A stretch of DNA of 64,000 nucleotides from Spirochaetia bacterium (GTDB lineage: Bacteria; Spirochaetota; Spirochaetia; SZUA-6; Bin103). The position numbers and the translations under genes were made by a program. Under the pieces are notes generated by a model. That model saw only the letters and a list, made by a program, of their open reading frames with translations, ran no database searches and was not told the DNA's origin. Where the stretch lies: NCBI GenBank assembly GCA_965208575.1, contig CBDBOV010000006.1, positions 512,001-576,000 on the forward strand, written 5' to 3'. Of this stretch, positions 48,571 to 58,252 are shown one piece after another; position 1 is the stretch's first letter, and the number at the start of each line of letters is the position of its first letter.

Positions 48571-50217
48571 TCAAGCGTGGCGCTGCTCGTAGCGGCGCTC
48601 GATCCAGCGCAACAGGCTGGCGCAGGCGAGGGTGATCACCACGTACAGCACCGCCGCCGTGTTGAACGGCGCGAACGGCAGGAAGCTGGCGGACTGGAAC
48701 TCGCGCATGCGCTGGGTCACGTCGCGCACCGACAGGATCGACAGCAGCGAGGTGTCCTTGATCATGGCGACGAACTCGTTGCCGAGCGGCGGCAGCACGA
48801 TGCGCAGCGCCTGCGGCAGGATGATCAGCCGGGCGGTCTGCCACCGCGACAGCCCCAGGGTCTGTGCCGCCTCCACCTGCCCCCTGGGGACCGCCTCTAT
48901 TCCGGAGCGGAAGATCTCGGCCATGTAGGCGGAGTAGCCGAGGGCAATCGCGATCACGCCGCGCGTGAAGTTGGGCAGGTCGATGCCGCCGCCGGTGGCA
49001 TCCTTGACGGCGCCGGCGAGCGGCAGGCCGATGTACAGGATGATCACCAGCATCGGGATGCCGCGAATGGTGTCGACGAAGAACTCGGCGCCCACCGCCA
49101 GCGGGTGCAGCCCGTGCAGGGCGCCGCCGACGGTCAGGATGAGCAGCAGCAGGCCGATCACCGAGAACGCCAACGCGGCGTTGCGTACGCGCTCCGGCAG
49201 GAAGCGGGTTCCCCAGATCACCGGATAGCGTCCGTCGTGCGCGGCGACCGGCACGAACGCCCCCGACACGCTGTCCACGGTCTCGATCTGCTCCAGCGCG
49301 GTCGCCACGTCGGGCGCACTGCGAATGCGCAACGACTCGCCGTTCCCGCCGTCGTATTCGCCGAAGCGGATCACGTCGGCGACCGCCTGCGGCGTGCCCT
49401 TGACGATCGCGATGCGCGCCTCGGTGGAGCCGACCATTACGTACTCGACCCGCGGCTGGGCCCAGAACAACGCCGCCGCCGCCAGCAGCAGCAGGCTGAT
49501 CGCACCGTGCACCGGAATCGTGTGGCGGGCACTGCGCAGCCGCTGCAGCCCGGTCCAGGTCAGGCCGAGCACCGCCGCCAGCAGGTAGGCGAACACCGCG
49601 GCCCGGAAGGTCACGGCGATCCCGGTGGCGAAACCCCAGTGGCTGACGAACACGAGGTGAAACAGTGCGAGGCCGGAGACCGCCTCGAATCCCCGGATGC
49701 AGAAGCGGCGCAGCGTGCCGGCCGTCCATGCCGCGGCCAGCGTGAAGGCCAGGAACAGGAGTCCGTAGACCGCCACGCCGACCCGGAACCGCTGCGTCAC
49801 CAGCGGCAGCACCTCCGCCTTCAGCGTCCATGGGCGCGCGGAGCGGTCGACCAACGCGGAGGCGGCGGGGTCGAGCGAGTGGAACAGCACCGACTGCACG
49901 AACGGGTCGGTGAGTTGCGGCCACGCCAGGATCGGCACGATCACCAGCGCATGGATCGGCAGCGCGAGGCGCGCGGCCGCCGCAAGCCAGGGCGGCGCCG
50001 CATCGCCCATCGCCCAGCGGCGCGCGGCCAGGAAACCCGACGCGAACAGGGCGAGCAGCAGCAGGAAGCCGAGCAGCAGCGCGGGTGCCCCCGGCTCGAT
50101 GCCGACGATCGCCTTCAGCGAGCGCAGGTACTTGCTCGACGAGGCGAACAGGAACACCAGGATCGGCGCCGCCGCCAGCAGCACCAGGTTGCTCGGGCGG
50201 ATTCGCTTCAGGATCAC
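48571..50217 (-). CDS. Polar amino-acid ABC permease, unusually long
   Basis: IRGIP, AYMAEIFRSG, GQVEAA, IKDTSL. Confidence 0.88.
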   Translation of the reverse strand: MILKRIRPSNLVLLAAAPILVFLFASSSKYLRSLKAIVGIEPGAPALLLGFLLLLALFASGFLAARRWAMGDAAPPWLAAAARLALPIHALVIVPILAWPQLTDPFVQSVLFHSLDPAASALVDRSARPWTLKAEVLPLVTQRFRVGVAVYGLLFLAFTLAAAWTAGTLRRFCIRGFEAVSGLALFHLVFVSHWGFATGIAVTFRAAVFAYLLAAVLGLTWTGLQRLRSARHTIPVHGAISLLLLAAAALFWAQPRVEYVMVGSTEARIAIVKGTPQAVADVIRFGEYDGGNGESLRIRSAPDVATALEQIETVDSVSGAFVPVAAHDGRYPVIWGTRFLPERVRNAALAFSVIGLLLLILTVGGALHGLHPLAVGAEFFVDTIRGIPMLVIILYIGLPLAGAVKDATGGGIDLPNFTRGVIAIALGYSAYMAEIFRSGIEAVPRGQVEAAQTLGLSRWQTARLIILPQALRIVLPPLGNEFVAMIKDTSLLSILSVRDVTQRMREFQSASFLPFAPFNTAAVLYVVITLACASLLRWIERRYEQRHA

Positions 50218-50517
50218 GCGTTCCCCTCACCCGCCGGCGCGCCGGCGACCGTACCGGACAGTTCCGAAAGCAAGCCCGTCATCTGCACGCGCCAGGCGGG
50301 CCCGCCTGGTCCGGCAGAGCCGGCACCGGATCCGGCCCATCCAGCACGCCGGCGGCGCACCTACCACGCCCTGGGGCCCCCAACAGGGCCGCTCGTGCGC
50401 CCGCCAAGCCCGATAGCGCGTCCATCGAGTCCGGAACCTCGTCCACCAAGCACGGCGGCGCGTCCGGTAGGGCCGGCCGATCCGGCAGAGCCGGCGGATC
50501 CGCCGGGACAGCCCGGG

Positions 50518-51264
50518 TCAGTCGCTCCAGTACTTGGCGATCAGTTCGTCGAGGGTGCCGTCTGCCTTGATCGCCGCGAGGCCCTCGTTGAAGGCGTCGA
50601 CCATCGGATCGCCCTCCTGGAACACGATGCCGAGCGGATCGGCCTGCAGGCCGGTGACCCCCATGGTGAGCTCGCCTGCGAATTCCTGCTCGTAAGCGGC
50701 CCCCGAGGTGCCGTCGATCACCACGCCGTCCACGTCGCCGTTCTGCAACGCCAGGATCGCCCCGGCGAACGCGTCGTACAGGCTCACGTTCTCGCGCCCG
50801 ACCAGCTCCTCCGCCAACTGGGCGTTGGTGGTGGCGGTCTGTGCGGCCAGCTTGCGGCCTCCCGCCGTGAAGTCTTCCGCGGTCAGTTCGGCATCCTCCA
50901 CCCGGACCAGGATCGCCTGGCTCACGACCAGGTACGGGTCGGAGAAGTCCATCGATTCATCGCGCTCGGCGGTAATCGACACGCCCGACACCACCAGGTC
51001 GAATTCGCCCTGCTGCAGGGCGGCGAAGATCCCGTCCCAGGCGGTGTTCACGAACTGCAAGACGCAGTTGATGCGCTCACACACCGCGGTCAACATGTCG
51101 ATGTCGAAACCGACGATCTCGCCGGTCGCCTCGTCGACGGTCTCCATCGGCGGGTAGGTGGCGTCCGTCCCCACCTTGAGCACCCTGCCCTCCAGGTCGG
51201 CGGCACCCACGCCCACCGCCAGCACCGCGAGCAAGCCCGCCGCGGCCACCAGTGTTCTGAACAT
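50518..51264 (-). CDS. Family-3 amino-acid substrate-binding protein
   Basis: VGTDATYPPME, GFDIDM, SITAER, DFSDPY. Confidence 0.92.
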   Translation of the reverse strand: MFRTLVAAAGLLAVLAVGVGAADLEGRVLKVGTDATYPPMETVDEATGEIVGFDIDMLTAVCERINCVLQFVNTAWDGIFAALQQGEFDLVVSGVSITAERDESMDFSDPYLVVSQAILVRVEDAELTAEDFTAGGRKLAAQTATTNAQLAEELVGRENVSLYDAFAGAILALQNGDVDGVVIDGTSGAAYEQEFAGELTMGVTGLQADPLGIVFQEGDPMVDAFNEGLAAIKADGTLDELIAKYWSD

Positions 51265-51582
51265 CACTGAACCTCCTGCCGCCGGAGCCCTTGTCCGGCA
51301 GCCATTGCATACTGGACGGTCGCGATGCGCATGGGCAAGCGCCACACGCTCGCCTCCGGAGACGTACGCTCGTCCTGAACTCCGGCGACGCACATACGCA
51401 AGCAGCCGGCACAACACAGCCCGGCGGACGCGGTCGACGAATGGTCGCGGCCGATACCGGATGGACATTCAAGAACTGACGGAGTCGCAAAGAAATTATC
51501 CGGAGTTGACAGATACTCGCCAATCCATGCTTAGTGTCAGCGGGCGGGAAAGCCCGCCTGACGCCCCCTTGCCGAGGAGTCG

Positions 51583-53070
51583 ATGAATCACGATAGCAGA
51601 GCAGAAGAGGCGCCGGGCACCGGCACCGGCGAACAAACGGGCCACGACCTGACCATGGCGCCCGAGGTGATGCTCGATCTGGCCCGCAGAACGGCGGAGC
51701 TGCTGGTGGAACGTATCAAGGGCCTGCCCGGCGAGCCTGCCTGGGACGGAGAGTTCAAGCAGGCGCTCGACCACCAGTTGATGGCCGGCCCCCCCGAGGA
51801 GGGTCGGGCGCCGGTCGAGGTGATCGAGCAGGCGGCACGGGAGATTCTTCCGTTCGCGACGCGGTTGGACCACCCGCGATGCTTCGGGTTCGTCCCGTCG
51901 TCGCCCACCTGGCCCGGTGTGCTGGCCGACTTCATGGCCTCCGCATTCAACATCAATGCCTGCACCTGGCTGGTCGCGAGCGGGCCGAGCCAGGTCGAGC
52001 TGGTGGTAGTCGACTGGTTTCGCCGCTGGCTCGGCTATCCGGAGGGAGCGGGCGGTCTGTTGACGAGCGGGGGCTCGGCGGCCAGCGTCGACGCCTTCGT
52101 GGCGGCACGCGACGCGGCCGGCCACCCCGAGCGCGCAACCGTGTACATGAGCGACCAGAGCCACAGCTCGCAGGTCAAGGCGGCCAGGATCGTCGGCGTC
52201 CGGCCCGACCGCATCCGCCTGCTGCCGAGCGATGAGCAGTTCCGCCTGGACCTGGGACTGCTGGCGCGCGCCGTGGCCGACGACCGCGCCGCGGGGTTCA
52301 ATCCGATTGCGATATGCGCCAATGCCGGGACCGCCAGCACGGGAGCAATCGATCCGTTGCCGGCGCTGGCGGACTTCTGCGAGGCGGAAGGGATCTGGCT
52401 GCACGTCGACGCCGCCTACGGCGGCTTCGCGGCGGTGACCGAGCGCGGCAGGCGGCTCCTGCGCGGGATCGGGCGCGCCGACTCCGTCGGGCTGGACCCG
52501 CACAAGTGGTTGTTTCAGCCGTACGAGGCGGGCGCGCTGCTGGTAAAGGACGTGCGCACCCTCGAACACGCGTTCGAGGTGCACCACGACATCCTCCAGG
52601 ACACGGTATGGGGCGCGAACCACCCGAACATCTCCGATCGCAACCTGCAACTGAGCCGCTCGTTCCGCGCCCTGAAGGTGTGGATGTCGATCCAGACCTT
52701 CGGCATGGCGGCGTTCCGGCGCGCCGTGTCCGGCGGGATGGAACTGGCCGCGCGTGCCGAGGAGTACGTCCGGGAGAGCCAGACTCTGGAACTCTCGACG
52801 CCGGTCTCCCTGGGCATCGTATGCTTCCGGATCAACCCGTCGGGCGCCGGCCTGGACGAGGAGGTCGTGGAGCAGATCAACCGCAAGGTGCTCGCCCGCA
52901 TCTTCTGGGAAGACCGGGCGTTCCTGTCGTCGACGCTGGTGCACGGGACGTTCGCGCTCAGGCTCTGCATCATCAACCACACCACGACCTGGGCCGACGT
53001 TCGGGAGACCCTGGAGGCCGCCGAACGGTTCGGGATGCAGGAATCTGCTTCGTCGACGGCGCCGCGATAG
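51583..53070 (+). CDS. Group II PLP-dependent decarboxylase
   Basis: WLHVDAAYGG, DPHKWL, RALKVWM. Confidence 0.92.
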   Translation: MNHDSRAEEAPGTGTGEQTGHDLTMAPEVMLDLARRTAELLVERIKGLPGEPAWDGEFKQALDHQLMAGPPEEGRAPVEVIEQAAREILPFATRLDHPRCFGFVPSSPTWPGVLADFMASAFNINACTWLVASGPSQVELVVVDWFRRWLGYPEGAGGLLTSGGSAASVDAFVAARDAAGHPERATVYMSDQSHSSQVKAARIVGVRPDRIRLLPSDEQFRLDLGLLARAVADDRAAGFNPIAICANAGTASTGAIDPLPALADFCEAEGIWLHVDAAYGGFAAVTERGRRLLRGIGRADSVGLDPHKWLFQPYEAGALLVKDVRTLEHAFEVHHDILQDTVWGANHPNISDRNLQLSRSFRALKVWMSIQTFGMAAFRRAVSGGMELAARAEEYVRESQTLELSTPVSLGIVCFRINPSGAGLDEEVVEQINRKVLARIFWEDRAFLSSTLVHGTFALRLCIINHTTTWADVRETLEAAERFGMQESASSTAPR

Positions 53071-53304
53071 CGCCCCGAAATCGCCGCCGGCGGCGACGCT
53101 TCCGGCCCAACCGGCCTACCTGGACCGGGCAAGTGCCGGCTGAACAGCACGGCGGGGAGTGCGGGGGAGCGCGCCCCTTCCGCCGCGGACGGCAGCACCC
53201 GCATGCCGCGGGCGCACGCGGCAACGGGCGGCGTTGGCCACTGACCGCCCGGAAGCCGCCCGCCGTTTGGCGGCACGGTCTCCGGGCGGGCGCGGGAATG
53301 CGGG

Positions 53305-54867
53305 CTACATGCCGGCGTGCTTGGCGCGCGCCTCGGCGAGCACTTCCTCGCCGCCGGCGCGCATCCACTGCTTCACGTAGGTGTTCCAGTCGCCGTCGGT
53401 GTCGGCGTCGCCGGTGATCGCCTTCCACATGTACTCTTCGCGGATGCGCGACATGTCGGCGCGGTACTGGTTCTGGGAGTCCAGCACCCAGCCGTGGCCG
53501 AGCGCCGGGCTGATGATATTGTAGCCCTTCTGGCGTTCCGCCATCGCCAGGGCGTCGCTGCCGAACGAGGCGGTGAACATCCAGCCGTAGCGGATGTTGG
53601 TCAGGAAGTACTTCACGCCCAGATCGCCCTGCGCCTCCATGCTTTGCGCGGCCGGCAGGAACTGGCGCATGCCCTCCTCGTCGAACTCGAAGTGCTCGCC
53701 CTCGATGCCGGACCAGATCAGGTTGTGGTAGAACGGCTCGGCGATCTGCAGGTCGATCACCCCGAGGATCTTCTCCAGCACCAGGTCGCTGGCGTCCTTG
53801 CCGATGACGTGGTAGGTCCACAACGGAGCACGCAGCTCCCAGGTCGGCTCGTAGCCGGCGGCGGTCAGCTCGCCCACGTACTCCACCGTCGCACCCGGAT
53901 CCTTCTCGAACAGGTTCGGGAACCAGGTGCCGGGCCGGTACTTGGGCAGCACGTAGGTCCAGGTGTCGCCGGCGAAGCCCACCTTGCCGTCCTGGAACAG
54001 CGATCCGACCGCCAGCTTGTCCGGCAGCGTGATGTCGGGATGGATCACGCCCGCCTCCCACAGCCCGTTCATCCAGCGCAGGAAGTCGCGCCACCCGTCG
54101 GTGACCTCGAAGAAGGTGATCTCGCCGGTGGCGGGATTGAGGTAGGGCCGCTCGATGTGCTCGTAGCCGAACGCCGCCACGAAGGTGCGCAGGTTGTTGC
54201 CCCAGTTGCCGGCGGAGGTCGCCGACGTGGCCATGCCCCAGGTGTCCTTCTGGCCGTTGCCGTCGGGATCGTCGTAGGTGAACCGGCGCGCCACCTCGGC
54301 GAACTCCTCCACCGTGGTGGGGACCGAAGCGCCGAGCGCCTCCAGCCAGTCGCCGCGCACCACGACCTGGTGCTTGATCTCGGCGCCGCCGTTGGGCACC
54401 GCCCACAGCGTCTCGGTGTCCTGGTTCCAGGACGGGAAGTCGAACCAGATGCCGTCCGCTTCGCCGTTGGCGTAGTCGCGCCAGTAGGTGGGCGCGTGCT
54501 CCTTGACCATGTCGAGCGGCACCGAGCGCAGCAGCCCCTCGTCCTGGTAGCGCAGCATGTTGGTCTGGTTGGCCAGCATGTGGTCCGGAATCTCGCCGGC
54601 GGCGAACAGCAGGTTCATCTCCTCGGCGCTGAAGGCGTCCGACTTGACGACCCGCAGGTCGATGTCCAGCGCCTTGTTGAACTCCGCGATGATCGGGCTG
54701 TCCGGCTGCGGGTAGAGCGCCCCGCCGGGCGTCTTCAGGCGCAGCCCCACCCAGTTGATCACGACCGGTCCCTCGTCTCCGGTCGCGGTCTCCGCCTCGG
54801 ACGCGGCGAACACCCCCGGCGTCGCCGCCACGAGAACTGCGATTGCAAGTACGGTGAGTCTCTTCAC
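53305..54867 (-). CDS. Carbohydrate ABC substrate-binding protein (LplA-like)
   Basis: Signal peptide; VRGDWLEALG, DPDGNGQKDTWG. Confidence 0.88.
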   Translation of the reverse strand: MKRLTVLAIAVLVAATPGVFAASEAETATGDEGPVVINWVGLRLKTPGGALYPQPDSPIIAEFNKALDIDLRVVKSDAFSAEEMNLLFAAGEIPDHMLANQTNMLRYQDEGLLRSVPLDMVKEHAPTYWRDYANGEADGIWFDFPSWNQDTETLWAVPNGGAEIKHQVVVRGDWLEALGASVPTTVEEFAEVARRFTYDDPDGNGQKDTWGMATSATSAGNWGNNLRTFVAAFGYEHIERPYLNPATGEITFFEVTDGWRDFLRWMNGLWEAGVIHPDITLPDKLAVGSLFQDGKVGFAGDTWTYVLPKYRPGTWFPNLFEKDPGATVEYVGELTAAGYEPTWELRAPLWTYHVIGKDASDLVLEKILGVIDLQIAEPFYHNLIWSGIEGEHFEFDEEGMRQFLPAAQSMEAQGDLGVKYFLTNIRYGWMFTASFGSDALAMAERQKGYNIISPALGHGWVLDSQNQYRADMSRIREEYMWKAITGDADTDGDWNTYVKQWMRAGGEEVLAEARAKHAGM

Positions 54868-54940
54868 GTCGTACCTCCTTGTGTGGATAGAAAATGTTCG
54901 GGCGGCCCCGCCGCCGCTGCCCCGCACCGCGGGGCTCTCG

Positions 54941-55837
54941 TCATCCTTTCAGTGACCCGATCATGATACCCTTGACGAAGTAGCGTTGCACGAACGGGTA
55001 GGCGAGCAGGATCGGGCCGATCGAGATCAGCACCGTGGCCGCCTTGATCGACTCCGGCACCACCGACTCCGCGCCCGCCACCGAGTCGTTGTTCTCGCCC
55101 AGGAACGCGGTGTCGTCCTGCTCGATGATCACCCGCCGCAGCACCAGTTGCAGCACCGTCTTGGTCTCGTCGCGGATGAAGATCAGCGCGTCGAACCAGG
55201 AGTTCCAGTGCTGCACCGCCACCCACAGGCCGATGGTGGCCATGATCGGCACCGACAGCGGGATGATGATCTGGATCAGGATGCGGAAGAACGATGCGCC
55301 GTCGATCATCGCCGACTCCTCCAGCGAGTCGGGGATGGTCATGATGAAGTTGCGCATGATCAGCAGGTTGTAGGTGCCGAGCAGGATCGGGAAGATCAGC
55401 GCCGCGCGGGTGTCCAGCATGCCCAGGCTGCGCACCAGCAGGTAGCGCGGAATCAACCCGCCGGAAAAGAACATCGGGATCAGGAAGAAGATGGTGAGAT
55501 AGTTGCGCAGCGGCAGCTTGCGCTTGGCCAGGGGGTAGGCGGTGCAGAACGAGAAGAACACCGCCAGCACGGTGCCCACCACGGTGCGGAACACGGTGTT
55601 GATATAGCCGTAGTAGATCAGCCGCGACGAGAACGCGACCCGGTACGCCTCCAGGGTCACCTCCTCCGGCCACAGCTTGATGCCCCAGCTCGACGCCAGC
55701 AGGCCCGGCAGCAGCGACACCACCGCGGTCTCCCAGAACGGGTAGATCATCAACAGAGAGACCACGATCAGGAACAGGTAGTTGGCAAAGTCGAACAGCC
55801 GGTCGGCGCTCCAGCGCCCGCGCGCCCCCACTACCAC
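54941..55837 (-). CDS. Carbohydrate ABC permease
   Basis: IPDSLEESAMIDGAS; ends GSLKG. Confidence 0.92.
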   Translation of the reverse strand: MVVGARGRWSADRLFDFANYLFLIVVSLLMIYPFWETAVVSLLPGLLASSWGIKLWPEEVTLEAYRVAFSSRLIYYGYINTVFRTVVGTVLAVFFSFCTAYPLAKRKLPLRNYLTIFFLIPMFFSGGLIPRYLLVRSLGMLDTRAALIFPILLGTYNLLIMRNFIMTIPDSLEESAMIDGASFFRILIQIIIPLSVPIMATIGLWVAVQHWNSWFDALIFIRDETKTVLQLVLRRVIIEQDDTAFLGENNDSVAGAESVVPESIKAATVLISIGPILLAYPFVQRYFVKGIMIGSLKG

Positions 55838-55846
55838 GCCGCCCTC

Positions 55847-56794
55847 CTACCAGATGCCGTATTCCGAGAAGCGGTTCACGATGGCGTTGGTGAACAGCAG
55901 CATCAACAGGCCGAGCACGTTCTTGAACAGGCCGATGGCGGTGGAGTAGCTGTAGTCGAACTCCACCAGGCCGATGCGGTAGACGTAGGTGTCGATGATG
56001 TCGCCCACCTCGTAGGTGATCGGGTTGTACAGGTTGAAGATCTCCTCGAAGCCGGCGTTCATCAGGAACCCGACGCGCAGGATGAACAGGATCACGATCA
56101 CCGGCGCCAGCGACGGCAGCGTGATGGAGATCGCCTGCCGGAAGCGCCCGGCGCCGTCCACCGTGGCCGCCTCGTACAGCTCCGGATCGATGGAGGAGAT
56201 GGCGGCCAGGTAGATGATCGAGCCCCAGCCCACGTCCTTCCAGATGTTGGCCACCACGATCATCGGGCGGAAGAAGCCGGGCTCGATCATGAAGTTGACC
56301 GGCTCCATGCCGACCATCATCAGGAAGTAGTTGACCACGCCGCTGGTGGGCGACAGGAGCTGGCGGATCAGGGCGGCGATCACCACCCAGCTTATGAAGT
56401 GCGGCAGGTAGGAGATGGTCTGCACCACCTTCTTGAAGTGGCGCGCGCGCACCTCGTTGAGCAGCAGCGCCAGGATGATCGGCGCCGGGAAGCCGAAGAT
56501 GATCTTGTAGAACGAGATCAGGATCGTGTTGCGGAACACGTTCAGGAACTGCGGGCTGCGGAACAGGCGCTCGAAGTTGTCCAGCCCCACCCACGGGCTG
56601 CCCATGATGCCTTCCAGGATGCGGTACTTCTTGAACGCGATGATCACCCCGTACATGGGGTAGTACTCGAAGATCAGGAACCAGGCGATGGCCGGCAGCA
56701 GCATGATGAGCAGGCCGCGGTACAGCAGCATGGAACGCCACAGCCCGCGCCTGGCGAGGTCTCCGGTACCGGTTGCCGATTGGATGCCGCCCAC
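55847..56794 (-). CDS. Carbohydrate ABC permease (LplB-like)
   Basis: YLPHFISWVV, LYEAATVDGAGR; start uncertain. Confidence 0.92.
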   Translation of the reverse strand: MGGIQSATGTGDLARRGLWRSMLLYRGLLIMLLPAIAWFLIFEYYPMYGVIIAFKKYRILEGIMGSPWVGLDNFERLFRSPQFLNVFRNTILISFYKIIFGFPAPIILALLLNEVRARHFKKVVQTISYLPHFISWVVIAALIRQLLSPTSGVVNYFLMMVGMEPVNFMIEPGFFRPMIVVANIWKDVGWGSIIYLAAISSIDPELYEAATVDGAGRFRQAISITLPSLAPVIVILFILRVGFLMNAGFEEIFNLYNPITYEVGDIIDTYVYRIGLVEFDYSYSTAIGLFKNVLGLLMLLFTNAIVNRFSEYGIW

Positions 56795-56995
56795 CGAATC
56801 GCTGCTCCGGAGGCAAGCGTATCACACCGCGGGAACGGAGCGTAAGTCCGCTGCCGCATGCCCATGAGCCGGGCCAGCCCGACCGGTGCGGACCAGTCAG
56901 CTCAGGCGGTGTGGAGTGCCGAGCATCGTCAGGATACGTCCGAGGTGTTGGCGATTGGCGGCGTGGAGTGCCATACTGCTCACAGGAGTCCGCAG

Positions 56996-57196
56996 ATGAG
57001 CGATGCCAGAATCGAGACGAACCCTGAGGTGATGTTGGGGAAACCGGTTGTCCGGGGCACGCGTGTTACCGTTGAACTCCTCCTGCGCAAACTGAGCGAG
57101 GGTGCGTCGGAGGACGACCTGCTCGACGCCTATCCTCGCATCACGCGGGAGGATCTGCGTGCCGCCGTGGGCTTCGCCGCCGAGACGCCCCGTTAG
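56996..57196 (+). CDS. DUF433-domain antitoxin-like protein, orphan
   Basis: RIETNPEVMLGKPVVRGTRVTVE...LDAYPRITREDLRAA. Confidence 0.85.
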   Translation: MSDARIETNPEVMLGKPVVRGTRVTVELLLRKLSEGASEDDLLDAYPRITREDLRAAVGFAAETPR

Positions 57197-57205
57197 GTGC
57201 TCAAT

Positions 57206-58060
57206 TCATCTCGCGGTGGTGGCGGCGGTCAGTCGTTCGTACTCGATTTCGGAAGAGCGTTTGACGCCGTGCTGCTCGGCCCACTCCTGGAGCGCCCACG
57301 CGTCGACGATCGTGCTCGGGTGCTTGTGGCCGCCGACGAGCTGGCGCGCAATCGGTTCGGTGACCCTGGCCAGCAGCGCGTCCGACTGCACGTCGTAGTC
57401 GAGCGGACTGATCCAGGCATAGCAGTAGCCCATCATCAGGCACTTTCGCGGCTGGTCGGTGCGGTTGACGCCGATGCGGTGGAACGTGCGGCTCTCGAAC
57501 AGGAAGGCATCGCCCGCCTGCATCTCCAGCTCGACGGCGCCGTCGGGATCCTTTTGTCCCTCCGGGATCTCGAGGTGGCGCGTGTAGTTGTTGCTGCCCG
57601 GCACCAGGATGGTATTGCCGCTGAGCGGGCTGGTGTCGGTGAGCTGATAGCAGACCTTGATCATCATCCGCGGGTAGCGGTGCGGGCCGAGGTCGAACGG
57701 GCTCTCCCAGAAGTCGCGGTGCCAGTTGGGCGGCGGATCGAGCTCCGGCGGATCCGGGTAGTTGTAGATGAGGTGGCTCTTGGCGAGGTGGATGTCGTAG
57801 CTCAGGAGCTGCACCACCAGCGGCACGGTGGTCTCCCAGGTGAGCAGGGACAGGAACACGTCGTCCCGCGGCAGCACGTTGTCCAGGCTGGTGCGCCGGG
57901 AGCCGCTGCCCGGGTGTTTTGCGGCGTGCTCATCGGCGATCCGGTCGCATGCCGCCGTAACGCGCCGCAGCATGTCGCCGTCGAGCGCATCGCGCACCAG
58001 CAGGTACCCGTTGCGGTCGAAGAACTCGCGCTGCTCGTCTGCAAGTCTGGTGAACTTCAT
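57206..58060 (-). CDS. Phytanoyl-CoA dioxygenase (PhyH) family protein
   Basis: FFDRNGYL, WHRD, LVPGS, AGDAFLF...FH. Confidence 0.88.
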   Translation of the reverse strand: MKFTRLADEQREFFDRNGYLLVRDALDGDMLRRVTAACDRIADEHAAKHPGSGSRRTSLDNVLPRDDVFLSLLTWETTVPLVVQLLSYDIHLAKSHLIYNYPDPPELDPPPNWHRDFWESPFDLGPHRYPRMMIKVCYQLTDTSPLSGNTILVPGSNNYTRHLEIPEGQKDPDGAVELEMQAGDAFLFESRTFHRIGVNRTDQPRKCLMMGYCYAWISPLDYDVQSDALLARVTEPIARQLVGGHKHPSTIVDAWALQEWAEQHGVKRSSEIEYERLTAATTAR

Positions 58061-58252
58061 GTACCGCTCTTTGTCCCTTGATCGCGCCGCGGCGTCAAGT
58101 ATGCGCCTCCGGCAACCGCCCATGGGGCCGGCACTCGCCGCCAACGCCAGCATCCGCCGTAGCCGCCGGCGTTCGCCGCTGCCGCCCGCGCGCTGGGCAA
58201 CGGTCCGCGACCTGACAGTCAGCCGGGGCAACTGCTACCCTGCGCCCGCGAC

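Noticed and set aside
50300-50517. CCGGCAGAGCCGGC repeats between the amino-acid SBP and permease
   Set aside because: Short, GC-rich and irregular; most likely ordinary intergenic hairpin sequence.
47812-51270. Very long antisense ORFs (also 2703-4451, 17861-19549, 20418-22448, 38656-41154, 53317-56845)
   Set aside because: Shadow frames of well-supported opposite-strand genes in high-GC DNA, with no motifs.
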